From the NCBI GenBank assembly GCA_045811445.1, contig JBJMTY010000171.1, forward strand, positions 1 through 41,553: a DNA stretch of 41,553 nt, written 5' to 3'. Below are positions 1 to 9,347 of this stretch, one piece after another. The stretch comes from Allosphingosinicella sp. (GTDB lineage Bacteria; Pseudomonadota; Alphaproteobacteria; Sphingomonadales; Sphingomonadaceae). The notes beneath the pieces were generated by a model, which saw only the letters and a list, made by a program, of their open reading frames with translations, had not been told where the DNA came from and searched no databases. Position 1 is the stretch's first letter, and every line of letters starts with the position of its first letter. A program made the translations under genes and the position numbers.

Positions 1-728
1 AGCGTCGTCTTGCCGGTGCCCGAGAGGCCGAAGAAGACGGCGGTATCGCCGCCCGGGCCGATGTTCGCCGAGCAATGCATCGGCATCACCCCCTCGGCGG
101 GGAGCAAATAGTTGAGGATGCCGAACACCGACTTCTTCATCTCGCCGGCATAGGCCGTGCCGCCGATGAGGATCGTGCGCTCGGTGAGGTCGACGGCGAT
201 CACCGTCTCCGAGCGGGTGCCGTGGCGCTCGGGGATGGCGCGGAAGCTGGGCAGGTCGATGATGGTGAATTCGGGCTCGAAGCCGGCGAGGTCGGCCGCC
301 TCGGGGCGCACCAGCAGGGTGCGGATGAAGAGGTTGTGCCAGGCGAGCTCGTTGATCACGCGGACGCGGACGCGGTGCTCTGGCTGCGAGCCGCCGTAGA
401 GGTCGGCGACGTAGAGGCGGTCCTTCTCGCCGAGCGCGTTCACGAAATCCGCCTTCAGCGCGGCGAAATGGTCGGGCGTCATCCACTTGTTGTTGTCCCA
501 CCAGATGGTGGCGTCGGTCTCGGCGTCGCGGACGATATATTTGTCCTGCGCGGAGCGGCCGGTGTGGCGGCCGGTGCGGACGACGAGCGGCCCGTCCTTG
601 GCGAGCAGGCCTTCGGAATTGCGCACCGCTTCCTCGACGAGCTGGGCGGTCTGGAGGTTCCAGCGAAGCTCGGCGCGGGTCAGGATATTCTGTTCGGCGA
701 GGCCGTGTGCCGGCACGCGATGGACCAC
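1..728 (-). CDS. pckA: Phosphoenolpyruvate carboxykinase (ATP), 5' part; runs off the window start
   Basis: Manual translation from GTG at 728 gives ...[15 protein letters not shown]... and the P-loop [11 protein letters not shown] near position 1. It is divergent from chvI, the conserved alphaproteobacterial arrangement. Absent from the ORF track because it is truncated. Confidence 0.95.
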   Translation of the reverse strand, partial: MVHRVPAHGLAEQNILTRAELRWNLQTAQLVEEAVRNSEGLLAKDGPLVVRTGRHTGRSAQDKYIVRDAETDATIWWDNNKWMTPDHFAALKADFVNALGEKDRLYVADLYGGSQPEHRVRVRVINELAWHNLFIRTLLVRPEAADLAGFEPEFTIIDLPSFRAIPERHGTRSETVIAVDLTERTILIGGTAYAGEMKKSVFGILNYLLPAEGVMPMHCSANIGPGGDTAVFFGLSGTGKTT

Positions 729-863
729 GAAAATTCTCCCGATTGATCGGACAAATCGGGGCGGGCGGGCCGCCCCTCAGGCATGCCGCGCCCCATATCG
801 GAGCGGCCCGCGTGCGTCAAAGGCTGGCGCCGCCTATTCGCCTGGCTTAAGGTCCGGCGCGCC

Positions 864-1571
864 ATGTCGACGTGCATTGCCTTGGTCGACGACGACCGCA
901 ACATCCTCACTTCGGTGTCGATCGCCTTGCAGGCCGAGGGGTTCGCGACGCGGGTCTATTCGGACGGGGAGACGGCGCTGAAGGCTTTGGTCGACAATCC
1001 GCCCGATCTGGCCGTGCTCGACGTCAAGATGCCGCGCATGGACGGCATGGAATTGCTGCGCCGGCTGCGCGAGAAGAGCGGCGTGCCCGTCATCTTCCTC
1101 ACCTCCAAGGACGAGGAGCTCGACGAAGCCCTCGGCCTCGCCCTCGGCGCCGACGACTACATAAAAAAACCCTTCAGCCAAAGGCTCCTAATAGCCCGCA
1201 TCCGCGTCATTTTGAGGCGTGCGGAGGCGCGGTCGGCGCCGGCGGAGGGGCCTGCCGAGGAGGAGAAGGCGCAGCTCGAGCGGGGGCGGCTGGTGATGGA
1301 TCCGGCACGGCACCGGGTAAGCTGGGACGGCCGCGAGGTGACGCTGACCGTGACCGAGTTCATGATCCTGGAAGCGCTCGCGCAGCGGCCCGGGGTGGTG
1401 AAATCGCGCAACCAGCTGATGGACGTCGCCTACCAGGACGACATCTATGTCGACGACCGCACGATCGACAGCCACATCAAGAGGCTCAGGCGCAAGTTCC
1501 GCGAGGTCGACCCGGCGTTCAAGGCCATCGAGACGCTCTACGGCGTGGGGTATCGCTTTGGCGAGGAATGA
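864..1571 (+). CDS. chvI: OmpR-family response regulator ChvI
   Basis: [28 protein letters not shown] receiver domain, and winged helix [16 protein letters not shown]...[10 protein letters not shown]. Start placed at ATG 864, in frame with ORF 783-1571. Confidence 0.95.
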   Translation: MSTCIALVDDDRNILTSVSIALQAEGFATRVYSDGETALKALVDNPPDLAVLDVKMPRMDGMELLRRLREKSGVPVIFLTSKDEELDEALGLALGADDYIKKPFSQRLLIARIRVILRRAEARSAPAEGPAEEEKAQLERGRLVMDPARHRVSWDGREVTLTVTEFMILEALAQRPGVVKSRNQLMDVAYQDDIYVDDRTIDSHIKRLRRKFREVDPAFKAIETLYGVGYRFGEE

Positions 1572-3117
1572 CGAGGACGGCCTGCTGGCGACGCGCTGGA
1601 CGGGACGGTGGAAGCTCCTCCACCGCATCCTGTTCGTCAACGTGTTCGCGATCGCCATCCTGGCCGGCAGCCTGTTCTACCTCGACGGCTATCGGCGCCG
1701 GCTGATCGACCAGGCGGTGCTCAGCACCCAGACCCAGGCGCAACTCGCCGCCGATTCGCTCCGCCTCGCCGAGCCTGGCGAGGAGGCGGACCTGCTGCGC
1801 ACCTTCGGCCAGCACAGCCGGACCCGCATCCGACTGTTCGGAGCGGACGGGCGCGAGCGGCTCGACAGCTGGGCGGGCGGACCCGAGACCTACGACGTGC
1901 GCGACCCCAAGCAGGAAGCATGGCAGAAATGGGCGTCGCGCAAGCTCGACAATATGCTGAACGCGGTGGTCGGGGGGAAAAAGCCCCCGCTCCTCCGGGT
2001 GCCCGAGAGCAATCGGCTCGCCGACTGGCCAGAGGCGAATGCCGCGCTGGCGAGCGGGAAACCGGTGGCAATGCTCCGCCGGGCGCCCGAGGGCACGCCC
2101 TTCCTCTCCGCGGCCGTGCGGCTCTCTGAGAAGAAGGAAGTGCTGCTGATGACCCGCAACGCCCGGCAGGTGCGCCGCGCGGTCAGGGAGGAGCGCGGCA
2201 CGCTGGCGGTGGTGCTGCTCGTCACCATCCTCGTCTCCGTCTTCCTGTCGCTGTTCCTCGCCCGCACCATCGCCTTGCCGCTGCGCAGGCTGGCGCGCGC
2301 GGCGCAGGCGGTGCGCCTCGGGCGCGCGCGCGAGGTCCGCGTCCCGGTGCTGCCCCACCGGCGCGACGAGATCGGCCTGCTCGCCCGCGCCCTCGCCGAC
2401 ATGACCCAGTCGCTGCGGCAGCGGATCGACGGCACCGAGGCGTTCGCCGCGGACGTCACGCACGAGCTCAAGAACCCCCTCGCCTCGCTGCGCTCCGCGG
2501 TCGACAGCCTCGAGAAGGTCGACGATCCGGCGCTGCGCCACCAGTTGCTCGACGTGGTGCGCCACGACGTAGTCCGGCTCGACCGGCTGATCGTCGACAT
2601 CGCGGAAGTCTCGCGGCTCGACGCCGAGCTCTCCCGCGCCCGCTTCGAACCGGTCGATTTCGGCTGTCTGATCGAATCCCTGGTCGACCCCTGGGAAGCG
2701 CGGGCGGCGGAAAGCGACGTGCGCATCGCGTTTGCCCGGCCGCGCATCGGCACGGCCGTCATCCTCGGCGAGGAAGCTCGGCTAGCCCGCGCGCTCGACA
2801 ACCTGGTCGACAACGCCATCTCCTTCTCGCCCGCGGGCGGGCTGATCGAGATCGGCGCCGCGCGGGTTGGGCACGACGTCTTCGTCTCGGTCGAGGACGA
2901 AGGGCCGGGGGTGCCGGAGGAGGCGCGCGAGGAGATTTTCCGGCGATTCCACAGCCTCAGGCCAGATACGGAAGCGTTCGGCGGCCATTCGGGCCTCGGC
3001 CTCGCCATCGCCAAGGCGACCGCCGAGGGCCATGACGGCCGCATCTGGGTCGAGGGGCGGCACGACGGGCGCCCCGGCGCGCACTTCGTGCTGCGCTTTT
3101 CGACGTCCGAGCCGTGA
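1558..3117 (+). CDS. chvG: Sensor histidine kinase ChvG/ExoS-like
   Basis: Two TM segments, a HAMP domain, H-box [14 protein letters not shown]-box [11 protein letters not shown] and G-box GLGLAI. Probable TTG start at 1558 overlaps the chvI end; start is uncertain. Confidence 0.9.
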   Translation: MARNDEDGLLATRWTGRWKLLHRILFVNVFAIAILAGSLFYLDGYRRRLIDQAVLSTQTQAQLAADSLRLAEPGEEADLLRTFGQHSRTRIRLFGADGRERLDSWAGGPETYDVRDPKQEAWQKWASRKLDNMLNAVVGGKKPPLLRVPESNRLADWPEANAALASGKPVAMLRRAPEGTPFLSAAVRLSEKKEVLLMTRNARQVRRAVREERGTLAVVLLVTILVSVFLSLFLARTIALPLRRLARAAQAVRLGRAREVRVPVLPHRRDEIGLLARALADMTQSLRQRIDGTEAFAADVTHELKNPLASLRSAVDSLEKVDDPALRHQLLDVVRHDVVRLDRLIVDIAEVSRLDAELSRARFEPVDFGCLIESLVDPWEARAAESDVRIAFARPRIGTAVILGEEARLARALDNLVDNAISFSPAGGLIEIGAARVGHDVFVSVEDEGPGVPEEAREEIFRRFHSLRPDTEAFGGHSGLGLAIAKATAEGHDGRIWVEGRHDGRPGAHFVLRFSTSEP

Positions 3118-3539
3118 GCGAGACCGTCCACGCCACCTGCGTCGCGATCGGCGGCCGCGCCGTGCTGCTCGTGGGCGCTTCGGGCCGCGGCAAGTCCGAC
3201 CTCGCGCTCCGCCTGATCGACCGCGGCGCCAGGCTGGTCAGCGACGATTATACCGAGCTTCGCGCCGAGGGGAGCCGCCTGCGCGCTCGTGCCCCTTCAC
3301 CGATCGCCGGCAAGATCGAGGTGCGCGGCCTCGGCATCGTCGCGCTCGAGCCGCTCGTCGACGTGCCCGTCTGCCTGGTCGTCGATCTCGACGCGCCGCC
3401 GGTGCGGCTGCCCGAAGCCGCCGCGCCGCGCACCGTGGCGGGACGCGAAGTGCCCGCCGTGGCCCTGGCCGCGCTTGAGGCGTCGGCGCCGATCAAGGTA
3501 GAACAGGCACTCCTCCTTTTCGGGCTGCCCCCCGCGTGA
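3114..3539 (+). CDS. hprK: HPr kinase/phosphorylase, short alphaproteobacterial form
   Basis: HATCVAIGGRAVLLVGASGRGKSDLAL (Walker A), LVSDD and IEVRGLGI motifs. Confidence 0.9.
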   Translation: MSETVHATCVAIGGRAVLLVGASGRGKSDLALRLIDRGARLVSDDYTELRAEGSRLRARAPSPIAGKIEVRGLGIVALEPLVDVPVCLVVDLDAPPVRLPEAAAPRTVAGREVPAVALAALEASAPIKVEQALLLFGLPPA

Positions 3540-4462
3540 AAGCCGGTTCCGTCCCCCAGCGCATCCTGCTCGTCACCGGGCTGTCCGGTGCGGGCAAGTC
3601 GACCGCGCTCAAGACGCTCGAGGATCTCGGCTGGGAAGTGGTCGACAATCTGCCCCTGTCGCTGCTCGAGCACCTGCTTTCGACGCCGCTGGGCAAGGGC
3701 GGCTCCCGCCGGCGGCGGCCGCTCGCCATCGGCATCGACAGCCGCACCCGCGATTTCGACGCCCGCCGCATCGTCGACCAGATCAAGGGCGTCGCCGCCG
3801 AGCACGAATTCCCGGTCGAGACCCTGTTCTTCGACTGCGCCGGCTCCGAGCTGCTACGCCGCTATTCCGAGACGCGCCGCCGCCACCCGCTCGCGCCCGA
3901 CCGGCCCGCCACCGACGGCATCGCCCGCGAGCGCGAGCTGATGGCGCCGCTCCGCCGCTGGGCCGAGCACGTCATCGACACGACCGACCTCACCCCCAAC
4001 ATTCTCCAGCAGCAGTTGCGCGACCGCTTCGGCACGGCGGCGGACGCGCCGACCCTCACCATCCTCTCCTTCGGCTTTGCCCGCGGCCTGCCGCGCAACG
4101 CCGACATCGTGTTCGACATGCGCTTCCTCCGGAACCCCTATTGGGACGACGGCCTGCGCGATCTGACCGGTGAGGACCCACGCGTCGCCGCCTATGTCGC
4201 CGAGGATGAAGGCTATGAAGCGGTGGATCGGATCGAAGACGTGCTGCTGATGCTACTTCCCCGTTACAAGGCCGAGGGAAAGTCCTATGTCACGGTCGCC
4301 TTCGGCTGTACGGGAGGCCGCCACCGCTCGGTGCATGTCGCCGAACGGGTCGCGGCGCGGTTGCGCGAGGCGGGCTTTTCGCCCACGCTCGAACATCGCG
4401 ACCTTGCCGGGCCGAACGGCGCTGGGCGCGACGGCGGGCGTGCCGGCGAGTCGCAGATTTAG
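3536..4462 (+). CDS. rapZ: RNase adapter RapZ family P-loop protein
   Basis: VTGLSGAGKS, VDNLP, SETRRRHPL, FDMRFLRNPYW and GCTGGRHRSV motifs. Confidence 0.95.
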   Translation: MKAGSVPQRILLVTGLSGAGKSTALKTLEDLGWEVVDNLPLSLLEHLLSTPLGKGGSRRRRPLAIGIDSRTRDFDARRIVDQIKGVAAEHEFPVETLFFDCAGSELLRRYSETRRRHPLAPDRPATDGIARERELMAPLRRWAEHVIDTTDLTPNILQQQLRDRFGTAADAPTLTILSFGFARGLPRNADIVFDMRFLRNPYWDDGLRDLTGEDPRVAAYVAEDEGYEAVDRIEDVLLMLLPRYKAEGKSYVTVAFGCTGGRHRSVHVAERVAARLREAGFSPTLEHRDLAGPNGAGRDGGRAGESQI

Positions 4463-4471
4463 GGTGTTTGA

Positions 4472-4876
4472 ATGATCGGACTGGTGCTGGTTACCCACGG
4501 CCGTCTCGCGGCCGAATTCGTGACGGCGATGGAGCATGTGGTCGGGCCGCAGGAGCGGGTCGAGGCGATCTGCATCGGCCCGGACGACGACATGGAAGGG
4601 CGGCGGCGCGACATCGCCGAGGCGATCGGCCGCGTCGACGAGGGCGGCGGCGTCATCATCCTCACCGATCTGTTCGGGGGCACGCCCTCCAACCTCGCCA
4701 TCTCGCTGATGAAGTCGGAGAAGATCGAAGTGATCGCCGGGGTCAATTTGCCGATGCTGATCCGGCTCGAAGGCGCCAGGAAGACGATGGAGGTCCGCGC
4801 GGCGGTCGCCGCGGCGCGCGAGGCGGGCCGCAAATATATCTCGGTCGCGTCGGAGATCCTCGGAGAGACGGTCTGA
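4472..4876 (+). CDS. PTS EIIA, mannose/fructose type (ManX-like)
   Basis: MIGLVLVTHG, LTDLFGGTPSN and GVNLPML motifs. Confidence 0.95.
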   Translation: MIGLVLVTHGRLAAEFVTAMEHVVGPQERVEAICIGPDDDMEGRRRDIAEAIGRVDEGGGVIILTDLFGGTPSNLAISLMKSEKIEVIAGVNLPMLIRLEGARKTMEVRAAVAAAREAGRKYISVASEILGETV

Positions 4877-5145
4877 GCCGCTTCGAACGCACCGTTACCC
4901 TGCTCAACCAGCGCGGCCTGCACGCCCGCGCAAGCGCCAAGTTCGTCACGCTCGCCTCGGGCCTCGCCGCCCGCGTCGAAGTGGAGAAGGACGGCTCGAC
5001 GGTGACCGGCACCTCGATCATGGGGCTGATGATGCTCGGCGCCGCGGTCGGCGACACGATCACCATCCGCGCCGAGGGCGAAGGCGCCGAGGAAGCGCTC
5101 GCCGCCCTCGTACGGCTGGTCGAGGAAAAGTTCGGGGAGGAGTGA
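4873..5145 (+). CDS. ptsH: Phosphocarrier protein HPr/NPr
   Basis: NQRGLHARASAKFV (phospho-His) and SIMGLMML (regulatory Ser). This is the C-terminal part of ORF 4468-5145. The only plausible start is CTG 4873, overlapping the EIIA stop and downstream of GGAGAG. Confidence 0.9.
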   Translation: MSRFERTVTLLNQRGLHARASAKFVTLASGLAARVEVEKDGSTVTGTSIMGLMMLGAAVGDTITIRAEGEGAEEALAALVRLVEEKFGEE

Positions 5146-5149
5146 GACC

Positions 5150-5950
5150 TTGCCCCGCACGATCACCGCTTTCTCGAACCCGCTCGTCAAGGAAGTGCGC
5201 GCCCTGCGCGACAAGAAGCACCGGCGCGAGAGCGGGCTGTTCATGGCCGAGGGGCTGCGCATCCTCACCGAGGCGCGCGAGACGGGTCGCCTGCCCAAAA
5301 TCCTCTTTTTCGGGAGCGGGACGAGGCACGCCTTGCTCAATGCGCTGATCGACGCAATCGAAGCGGCGGGAGGCGACGTCGTCGAGACCAATGCCGACAT
5401 CCTCCACAAGCTCAGCGGCAAGGACAATCCGCAGACCGTGCTCGGAGTCTACGAGGCGTTCGACACGTCTCTGGAGCGGCTCGACCGCGGCGCGGCGCCG
5501 CTCTGGATCGTCGCCCAGGCGCTACGCGATCCGGGCAATCTCGGCACCATCCTGCGGACCGGCGACGCGGTCGGCGCGGGCGGCGTCATCCTCATCGACG
5601 ATTGCGTCGACCCCTTTTCGGTCGAGGCGGTGCGCGCGACGATGGGCGCTTTGTTCACCCAGCGCCTCGCGCAGGCGCGCTGGGAGGCGTTCCTGCCCTG
5701 GCTGCGGAACGGTCCGGGGCAATTGATCGGCACCAGCCTCAAGGCCGAGACGGACTATCAGGCGCCGCGCTACGCGCCGCCCGCCTTCATCCTGGTCGGC
5801 AACGAAGCCCAGGGGCTGCCCGAGGCCTACGAGGCGGAATGCGACCTGCTGGTGAAGCTGCCGATGCTCGGCCGCGCCGACAGCCTCAATGCGGCGGTCG
5901 CGACGGCGGTGATGGCCTACGAGCTGATCAACCAGTGGCGGCGCGCCTAG
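5150..5950 (+). CDS. TrmH/SpoU-family RNA 2'-O-methyltransferase
   Basis: DPGNLGTILRT, GNEAQGL and DSLNAAVATAV SPOUT motifs. Confidence 0.93.
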   Translation: MPRTITAFSNPLVKEVRALRDKKHRRESGLFMAEGLRILTEARETGRLPKILFFGSGTRHALLNALIDAIEAAGGDVVETNADILHKLSGKDNPQTVLGVYEAFDTSLERLDRGAAPLWIVAQALRDPGNLGTILRTGDAVGAGGVILIDDCVDPFSVEAVRATMGALFTQRLAQARWEAFLPWLRNGPGQLIGTSLKAETDYQAPRYAPPAFILVGNEAQGLPEAYEAECDLLVKLPMLGRADSLNAAVATAVMAYELINQWRRA

Positions 5951-5967
5951 GCACGCCCCTCCCCCGA

Positions 5968-6516
5968 TCAGTGCGCGTTGCCGAGCGACTCGATCGTGCG
6001 GTCGACGAGGGCGCGGTCCGCGTCGTCGCCCATCCGCTCCTCGATGAGCCGGGCGGCGGCAGCGGCGGCGGCCGTGGCGGCGCGGGCGCGCACTTCCTCG
6101 ACCGCGTGACGCTCGGCGGCGGCGATCTTGTCCTCCGCCATGCGGCGGCGGCGCGCGATCAGGGCCTCGGTGTCCGTCTTGGCCTGCTCGACGATGGCGT
6201 CGGCCTCGTGGCGGGCGCGCTCGATCATGGTCGCGCGCTCCGCGTCGGCCGCGGCGGCCTTGGCTTCATATTCGGCCCGCAGCGCCTCGGCTTCGGAGCG
6301 GAGCTGGGCCGCCTCGTCGAGCTGCTCGCGGATCGAGGCGATCTTGCGGTCCAGCGCCTGCGCGATCAGCGCGGGCACCCGCTTCCACAGCATGATCGCG
6401 AAGACCAAAAGCATCGCCAGCGCGATCCACTGGGGGGCGCCGAGGAAGCCGAAATTGGTCGGCTCGGAATGAGGCTCCGGGGCGCCGACATGCTCGACCG
6501 TGGCGGGCTCAGCCAT
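5968..6516 (-). CDS. atpF: F0F1 ATP synthase subunit b
   Basis: N-terminal TM segment (WIALAMLLVFAIMLW) followed by an Ala/Glu-rich coiled coil; last gene of the F0 operon. Confidence 0.9.
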   Translation of the reverse strand: MAEPATVEHVGAPEPHSEPTNFGFLGAPQWIALAMLLVFAIMLWKRVPALIAQALDRKIASIREQLDEAAQLRSEAEALRAEYEAKAAAADAERATMIERARHEADAIVEQAKTDTEALIARRRRMAEDKIAAAERHAVEEVRARAATAAAAAAARLIEERMGDDADRALVDRTIESLGNAH

Positions 6517-7000
6517 GGATCACCTTCTTCACCGCGGCGGCGGCCTGGCTGGAGCTGATTGTGACGCCGGCCAGGCGCTGCACCATGTCCTGGGCCGCCT
6601 CGGCGGCGACGCTCTCGATTTCGGTCAGCGCCTTGTCCATCGCCGCGCGGACGCGGCCTTCCTCGGCCTCGATGCGGGCGCCGATTTCCTCGCCGGCGGC
6701 GCGGACCTTCGCCTCGGTCTCGCGCCCGCTCGCCGCCTTCGCCTCGCCCGCGAGCTTCAGCGCTTCGGCCCGGCTCGCCTCGATGCGGGCGCGGTAATCG
6801 GCCTCGATCGTGTCAGCGGCGGCGCGGGCGGCCTGCGCCGCCTCGAGATCGCCGGCGATCTGCCGGTCGCGCAGGTCGACCGTCGACTGGATCTTGGGCA
6901 GCATGAAGTGCCCGATGCCGAAATAGATGATCCCGAGCACCACCAGCAGCCAGAAGAACTGCGAGTAGGCGACCTCGGCGAGCTGGTTAAGTTGAGGCAT
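6509..7000 (-). CDS. F0F1 ATP synthase subunit b'
   Basis: The MPQL...YSQFFWLLV N-terminus is typical of alphaproteobacterial b'; a coiled coil follows. Confidence 0.9.
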   Translation of the reverse strand: MPQLNQLAEVAYSQFFWLLVVLGIIYFGIGHFMLPKIQSTVDLRDRQIAGDLEAAQAARAAADTIEADYRARIEASRAEALKLAGEAKAASGRETEAKVRAAGEEIGARIEAEEGRVRAAMDKALTEIESVAAEAAQDMVQRLAGVTISSSQAAAAVKKVIHG

Positions 7001-7042
7001 GTCGATGCGGGGACGCGCAGAAACGCGGCCCCTCCTCCGTTC

Positions 7043-7270
7043 TTAGCGGGCGTAGAGGATGATCATCGCGACGGCGAACGCGATCAGGCCGAGCAGCTCG
7101 GCGGCGGCGAAGCCGATGAACAGCCGGCCCTGCTGGCTGTCGGCCGCGGCGGGGTTGCGGATCGCGCTCTCGAGGAACGAGCCGAACACGTTGCCGACGC
7201 CGATCGCGGCGGCGCCGACGCCGACCGCGGCGAGGCCCGCGCCGATAACCTGGGCAGAAGCGAGATCCAT
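7043..7270 (-). CDS. atpE: F0F1 ATP synthase subunit c
   Basis: MDLASAQVIGAGLAAVGVGAAAIGVG...RNP...FAAAELLG; 75 aa; AGGAG upstream. Confidence 0.97.
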   Translation of the reverse strand: MDLASAQVIGAGLAAVGVGAAAIGVGNVFGSFLESAIRNPAAADSQQGRLFIGFAAAELLGLIAFAVAMIILYAR

Positions 7271-7296
7271 GAAAAGTCTCCTTGGCTTTGAAAGGG

Positions 7297-8067
7297 TTAG
7301 TGAAGGTTGACGGCGTCGTTGATGTAGAGCGAGGTCAGCAGCGCGAACACGTAGGCCTGGATCGCGCAGACCAGCACCTCCAGCGCCATCACGCCGGCGA
7401 TGAACACGAACGACAGGAGGCTGATCGCCGGGCCGATGCCACCGGCGTTGAGGCCCTGGACGACGAAGCTGCCGAACACCTCGACGAGGATGTGGCCCGC
7501 GATCATCGCCACGAACAGCCGCAGCGCGAGGCTGAACGGGCGCACCATGAAGGAGAGCAGCTCTATGAGGAAGATGAGCGGCAGCAGGATCATCGGCGTG
7601 CCGTGCGGGATGAACAAAGAGAAGAAACGGAAGCCGTGCCGCCAGAAGCCGACGATCAGCACGATCGAGAAGCTGATGATCGCCATCACCCCGGTGACGG
7701 TGAACTGGCTCGTCACCGTGAACGGCTGCGCGCCGAAGATGGCCAGGGGCATCAGCCCGAGCAGATTGGCGAAGAGGATGAAGGTGAAGATGGTGAACAC
7801 CCAGGGGACGTACTTCTTCCCCTCCGGCCCGATGTTGGTCGCCACCATCGAGGTGACGAAGCCGGTCATGCCCTCGACCATCGCCTGCCAGCGGGTCGGG
7901 ACGAGCTGACGCTTCATCCCGCCCAGCATGAACAGCCAGATCAAAGCGAGGACGACGAACATCCACAGCGCGCTGTTGGTGAACACGAAGGGGCTGCCAT
8001 CCAGATGGCCCGCGAGCGGGCTGATCTGGAACTGGTGCATCGGGTCGATCTTGCTCTCGGCGGCCAC
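7297..8067 (-). CDS. atpB: F0F1 ATP synthase subunit a
   Basis: IDPMHQF, FTNSALWM, RPFSLALRLFVAMIAGH and IQAYVFALL motifs; GTG start at 8067. Confidence 0.95.
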   Translation of the reverse strand: MAAESKIDPMHQFQISPLAGHLDGSPFVFTNSALWMFVVLALIWLFMLGGMKRQLVPTRWQAMVEGMTGFVTSMVATNIGPEGKKYVPWVFTIFTFILFANLLGLMPLAIFGAQPFTVTSQFTVTGVMAIISFSIVLIVGFWRHGFRFFSLFIPHGTPMILLPLIFLIELLSFMVRPFSLALRLFVAMIAGHILVEVFGSFVVQGLNAGGIGPAISLLSFVFIAGVMALEVLVCAIQAYVFALLTSLYINDAVNLH

Positions 8068-8071
8068 GTCT

Positions 8072-8407
8072 TCAAAGTCCCTCGGGGCCCTGCTTGGGGC
8101 CGGTGATGGAAATCTTGTACACTTCCCAGATCGCGAGGCCGAAGCCGACGAACAGCGTCGCGACCCACAAAGCGGGTTTCCCGATGAAGCGGCCGATCGC
8201 ATAGCCGATGAGCGCGGAGCCCAAGGGATAAGCGACCAGGACGGAAAGGACCCGGTAGGCCGGCGACTTGTAATAAGTCGCCGTCGGGTTGGCTCCGCCG
8301 GTGCGCCGCGCTTCCGCCTGCCGCGCCTGATCGAGCCGCTCGTCGAGCGTTTCGAGCCGCGCGTCGCGGGGAAGCTCAGGATCCTCTTGAGGCTCGCTCT
8401 CCGCCAT
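8072..8407 (-). CDS. AtpZ/AtpI-family small membrane protein
   Basis: Two C-terminal hydrophobic helices; first gene of the F0 operon. Confidence 0.75.
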   Translation of the reverse strand: MAESEPQEDPELPRDARLETLDERLDQARQAEARRTGGANPTATYYKSPAYRVLSVLVAYPLGSALIGYAIGRFIGKPALWVATLFVGFGLAIWEVYKISITGPKQGPEGL

Positions 8408-8546
8408 GCCGCGTCGTCTCCGTGTGTGCGCTCGCGCCTTTTAAAAAAGCGCTGGCGCAATAAGGGCGTGGGACATGCCGGCGAACGAACCCGCCAAGGC
8501 GCCGCCCCTTTAGGAAGGGGGGCGGGGGGTGTCAACAATAGTGATG

Positions 8547-8711
8547 CCTCCCTGCGAGCGCAGCGCGTGGGGAGGGGGACCACCCGAAGGGTGGTGGAGG
8601 GGTAGTCGCCGAGGACTCAGCGGTTCACGGGCTCGGAACTCGCAATCTCCGACCCGTCACCCCTCCACCACCCTTCGGGTGGTCCCCCTCCCCGTCTTTC
8701 GACGGGGAGGC
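8547..8711. repeat. Compound palindromic intergenic element with perfect 35-bp inverted arms
   Basis: GGGGAGGGGGACCACCCGAAGGGTGGTGGAGGGGT (8569-8603) and its exact reverse complement (8659-8693). Each arm has an internal hairpin, and there are outer CCTCCC...GGGAGG hairpins. Confidence 0.85.
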
Positions 8712-8717
8712 ACTTCG

Positions 8718-9110
8718 TTACCCGCAATAGCCCGGGAGCGGGATGGGCGCGCTGTCGCGCTGGCGCCAGACGCCGTCGGGGAGGCGGTAATATTGCCCGG
8801 CGCCGACCTTGGCGCGGAGCAGCTCGCAGGCCGTGGTCGCGGCGACTTCCTCGATCTTGGCGCCGCGCTTGGCGGCAAGGTCGGTGTAATAGGCGCGGCG
8901 TTTGATGTTGACCGCGTCGACCTGGGCGCGCAGGTCGGCGGAGCCCGAACCGACGACGCCGAGATAGCCGTCGGCCTGCTCGCCGGCCTGGCCGGAGGCG
9001 CGCAGCGAGGCGGCGGCGTCGCCCTGCATGGCGTAGACCGCGGTGGCGCCCACGGTGAGCGCGCCGAGCGTCAGGCCGGCGGCGAGGATCAGCTTGAAGC
9101 GGCGGTTCAT
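8718..9110 (-). CDS. ydbL: YdbL family (DUF1318) periplasmic protein
   Basis: Signal peptide, GEQADGYLG and VNIKRRAYY motifs; lies downstream of ydbH-ynbE. Confidence 0.85.
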   Translation of the reverse strand: MNRRFKLILAAGLTLGALTVGATAVYAMQGDAAASLRASGQAGEQADGYLGVVGSGSADLRAQVDAVNIKRRAYYTDLAAKRGAKIEEVAATTACELLRAKVGAGQYYRLPDGVWRQRDSAPIPLPGYCG

Positions 9111-9113
9111 GGT

Positions 9114-9347
9114 TCAAAACACTCCCGGATTCTTGTCGATCAGCTCTTTCACGTCCTGCTGCAGGCGAACGACGACTTCCTGCCGGATATTGATGTTGAG
9201 GTTGATCTCGATCGGCTTGTCCGGCGCGCTCACTTGCACGCAGCCGGATCCCATCAAGACCGCCGGCGCGAGAAGGAGGAGCTTGACCCGCCTCATCGCG
9301 CCCTGCGTCGCATCGGGGCGCAGTCCCGTCAATATCGACATGGTCAT
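9114..9347 (-). CDS. ynbE: YnbE-family lipoprotein
   Basis: Lipobox-like GSGC, then APDKPIEINLNINIRQEV...NPGVF. Start is at either 9347 (overlapping the ydbH stop) or 9296. Confidence 0.88.
   Translation of the reverse strand: MTMSILTGLRPDATQGAMRRVKLLLLAPAVLMGSGCVQVSAPDKPIEINLNINIRQEVVVRLQQDVKELIDKNPGVF

Noticed and set aside
4468-5145. 225-aa extended HPr or an EIIA-HPr frameshift fusion
   Set aside because: The extension is an alternate frame of EIIA, no slippery site is visible, and a CTG start explains the gene more simply.
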